DNA of 63,839 nucleotides, filler included, from Octopus bimaculoides (taxonomy: Eukaryota), in NCBI RefSeq assembly GCF_001194135.2. It is 6 parts of 5 records of this genome, joined end to end, with 100 filler letters (N's around TTAATTAATTAA, not from the genome) between each part and the next. Parts side by side here need not be neighbours in the genome. Positions count along the whole stretch, not along the records: positions 62,829 to 63,839 come from NC_068983.1; 5 more parts are not named here. One strand, given 5' to 3'. The notes under the pieces were generated by a model. The model saw only the letters and a program-made list of their open reading frames with translations, did not search any database and was not told the DNA's origin. The position numbers and the translations under genes are program-made. Numbering within the stretch: the stretch's first letter is position 1; the number at the start of each line of letters is the position of its first letter. This document shows positions 63,069-63,839 of this stretch, in pieces.

Positions 63069-63488
63069 GAGTGAGCAATGCAAGTCATCAAAGTGACACT
63101 GGAGTATTATTATCATCGTCATCGTCATCAGCAATATTATTGATACTGTTGTAGCATTTGTTGTATGTTTTCAGTCTTAGCTTAAGCTGTTGTTTGGAGT
63201 TGTGATGTCCAGGCAAGAATAATTGACAATAAAGTTGTGATCAAAGCAAAGCTTATTGCGTGTATGCGATGATAGTAAATGGTCTCTTCCTAGAGATAGA
63301 TAATTTTTGGACCATTGCCAGATTTTTCTTGAAATACTTGATACAATAACAACACTTGAAATCGGATTTTAACTGTTTGGCAAATTCCCAAATACTTAGA
63401 TCCATTCCTATGAGTATTGCGCACCAACATTTATAACAAAGTTATGTGTGCAGTAGTATATACATATACATACATATATATATACATA

Positions 63489-63522
<34 letters not shown>

Positions 63523-63523
<1 letters not shown>

Positions 63524-63613
63524 TAGCAGAAATACCCGGCGTTGCCCGGGTTAAAGAGAATAATGAAATCTAAAAACGCCGTCTAGACTACGCATCATCT
63601 TTATATATAGAGA
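63523..63613 (-). mobile_element. Minimal non-autonomous Helitron (91 bp)
   Basis: Minus sense: A|TCTCTATATATAAAG ... hairpin CCCGGGCAACGCCGGG ... CTAG|T, inserted at an AT dinucleotide within (TA)n. Confidence 0.8.
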
Positions 63614-63839
63614 TGTATATACACACACGCACCCAAACACACGTATATATATATGTATATCAATATAAATATATGAAAGTCAATGAAGTTTCGTAAAAGA
63701 AGGTGATCATGTACATACTTTCTTGCTGTTGTGATTATAGCACCTCATTGTAAACTATGTTCCTTGTTTTCCCTTGTGGAGCATATACAAATAGGTTTTT
63801 TGTTGCTGCCCACTCTTGAGCAGCCAACATACAGTTGAC

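Overview
Eukaryotic, AT-rich, gap-riddled draft scaffold, probably intronic or intergenic. The extreme microsatellite density and the SINE/LINE families look like an octopus (coleoid cephalopod) genome; this is an inference from pattern recognition, not a database result. No confidently identifiable host protein-coding gene, rRNA, true tRNA or CRISPR array was found, and most long ORFs in the track are artefacts of N gaps or microsatellites. The window is a layered transposon landscape: (1) seven fragments of R4/Dong-like RLE non-LTR retrotransposons, all abutting (AAT)n microsatellites and stacked head-to-tail; (2) several RTE-clade LINE copies whose RT carries an inserted C4HC3 (PHD-like) finger; (3) modular tRNA-derived SINEs with swapped heads and tails, one carrying the RTE 3' tail; (4) Penelope-like fragments with hammerhead-like cores; (5) a fossil piggyBac, a hAT MITE and a 91-bp mini-Helitron; (6) a ~4 kb satellite domain with a ~460-bp dimeric higher-order repeat grading into older diverged monomers. 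Coordinates of decayed elements are approximate.
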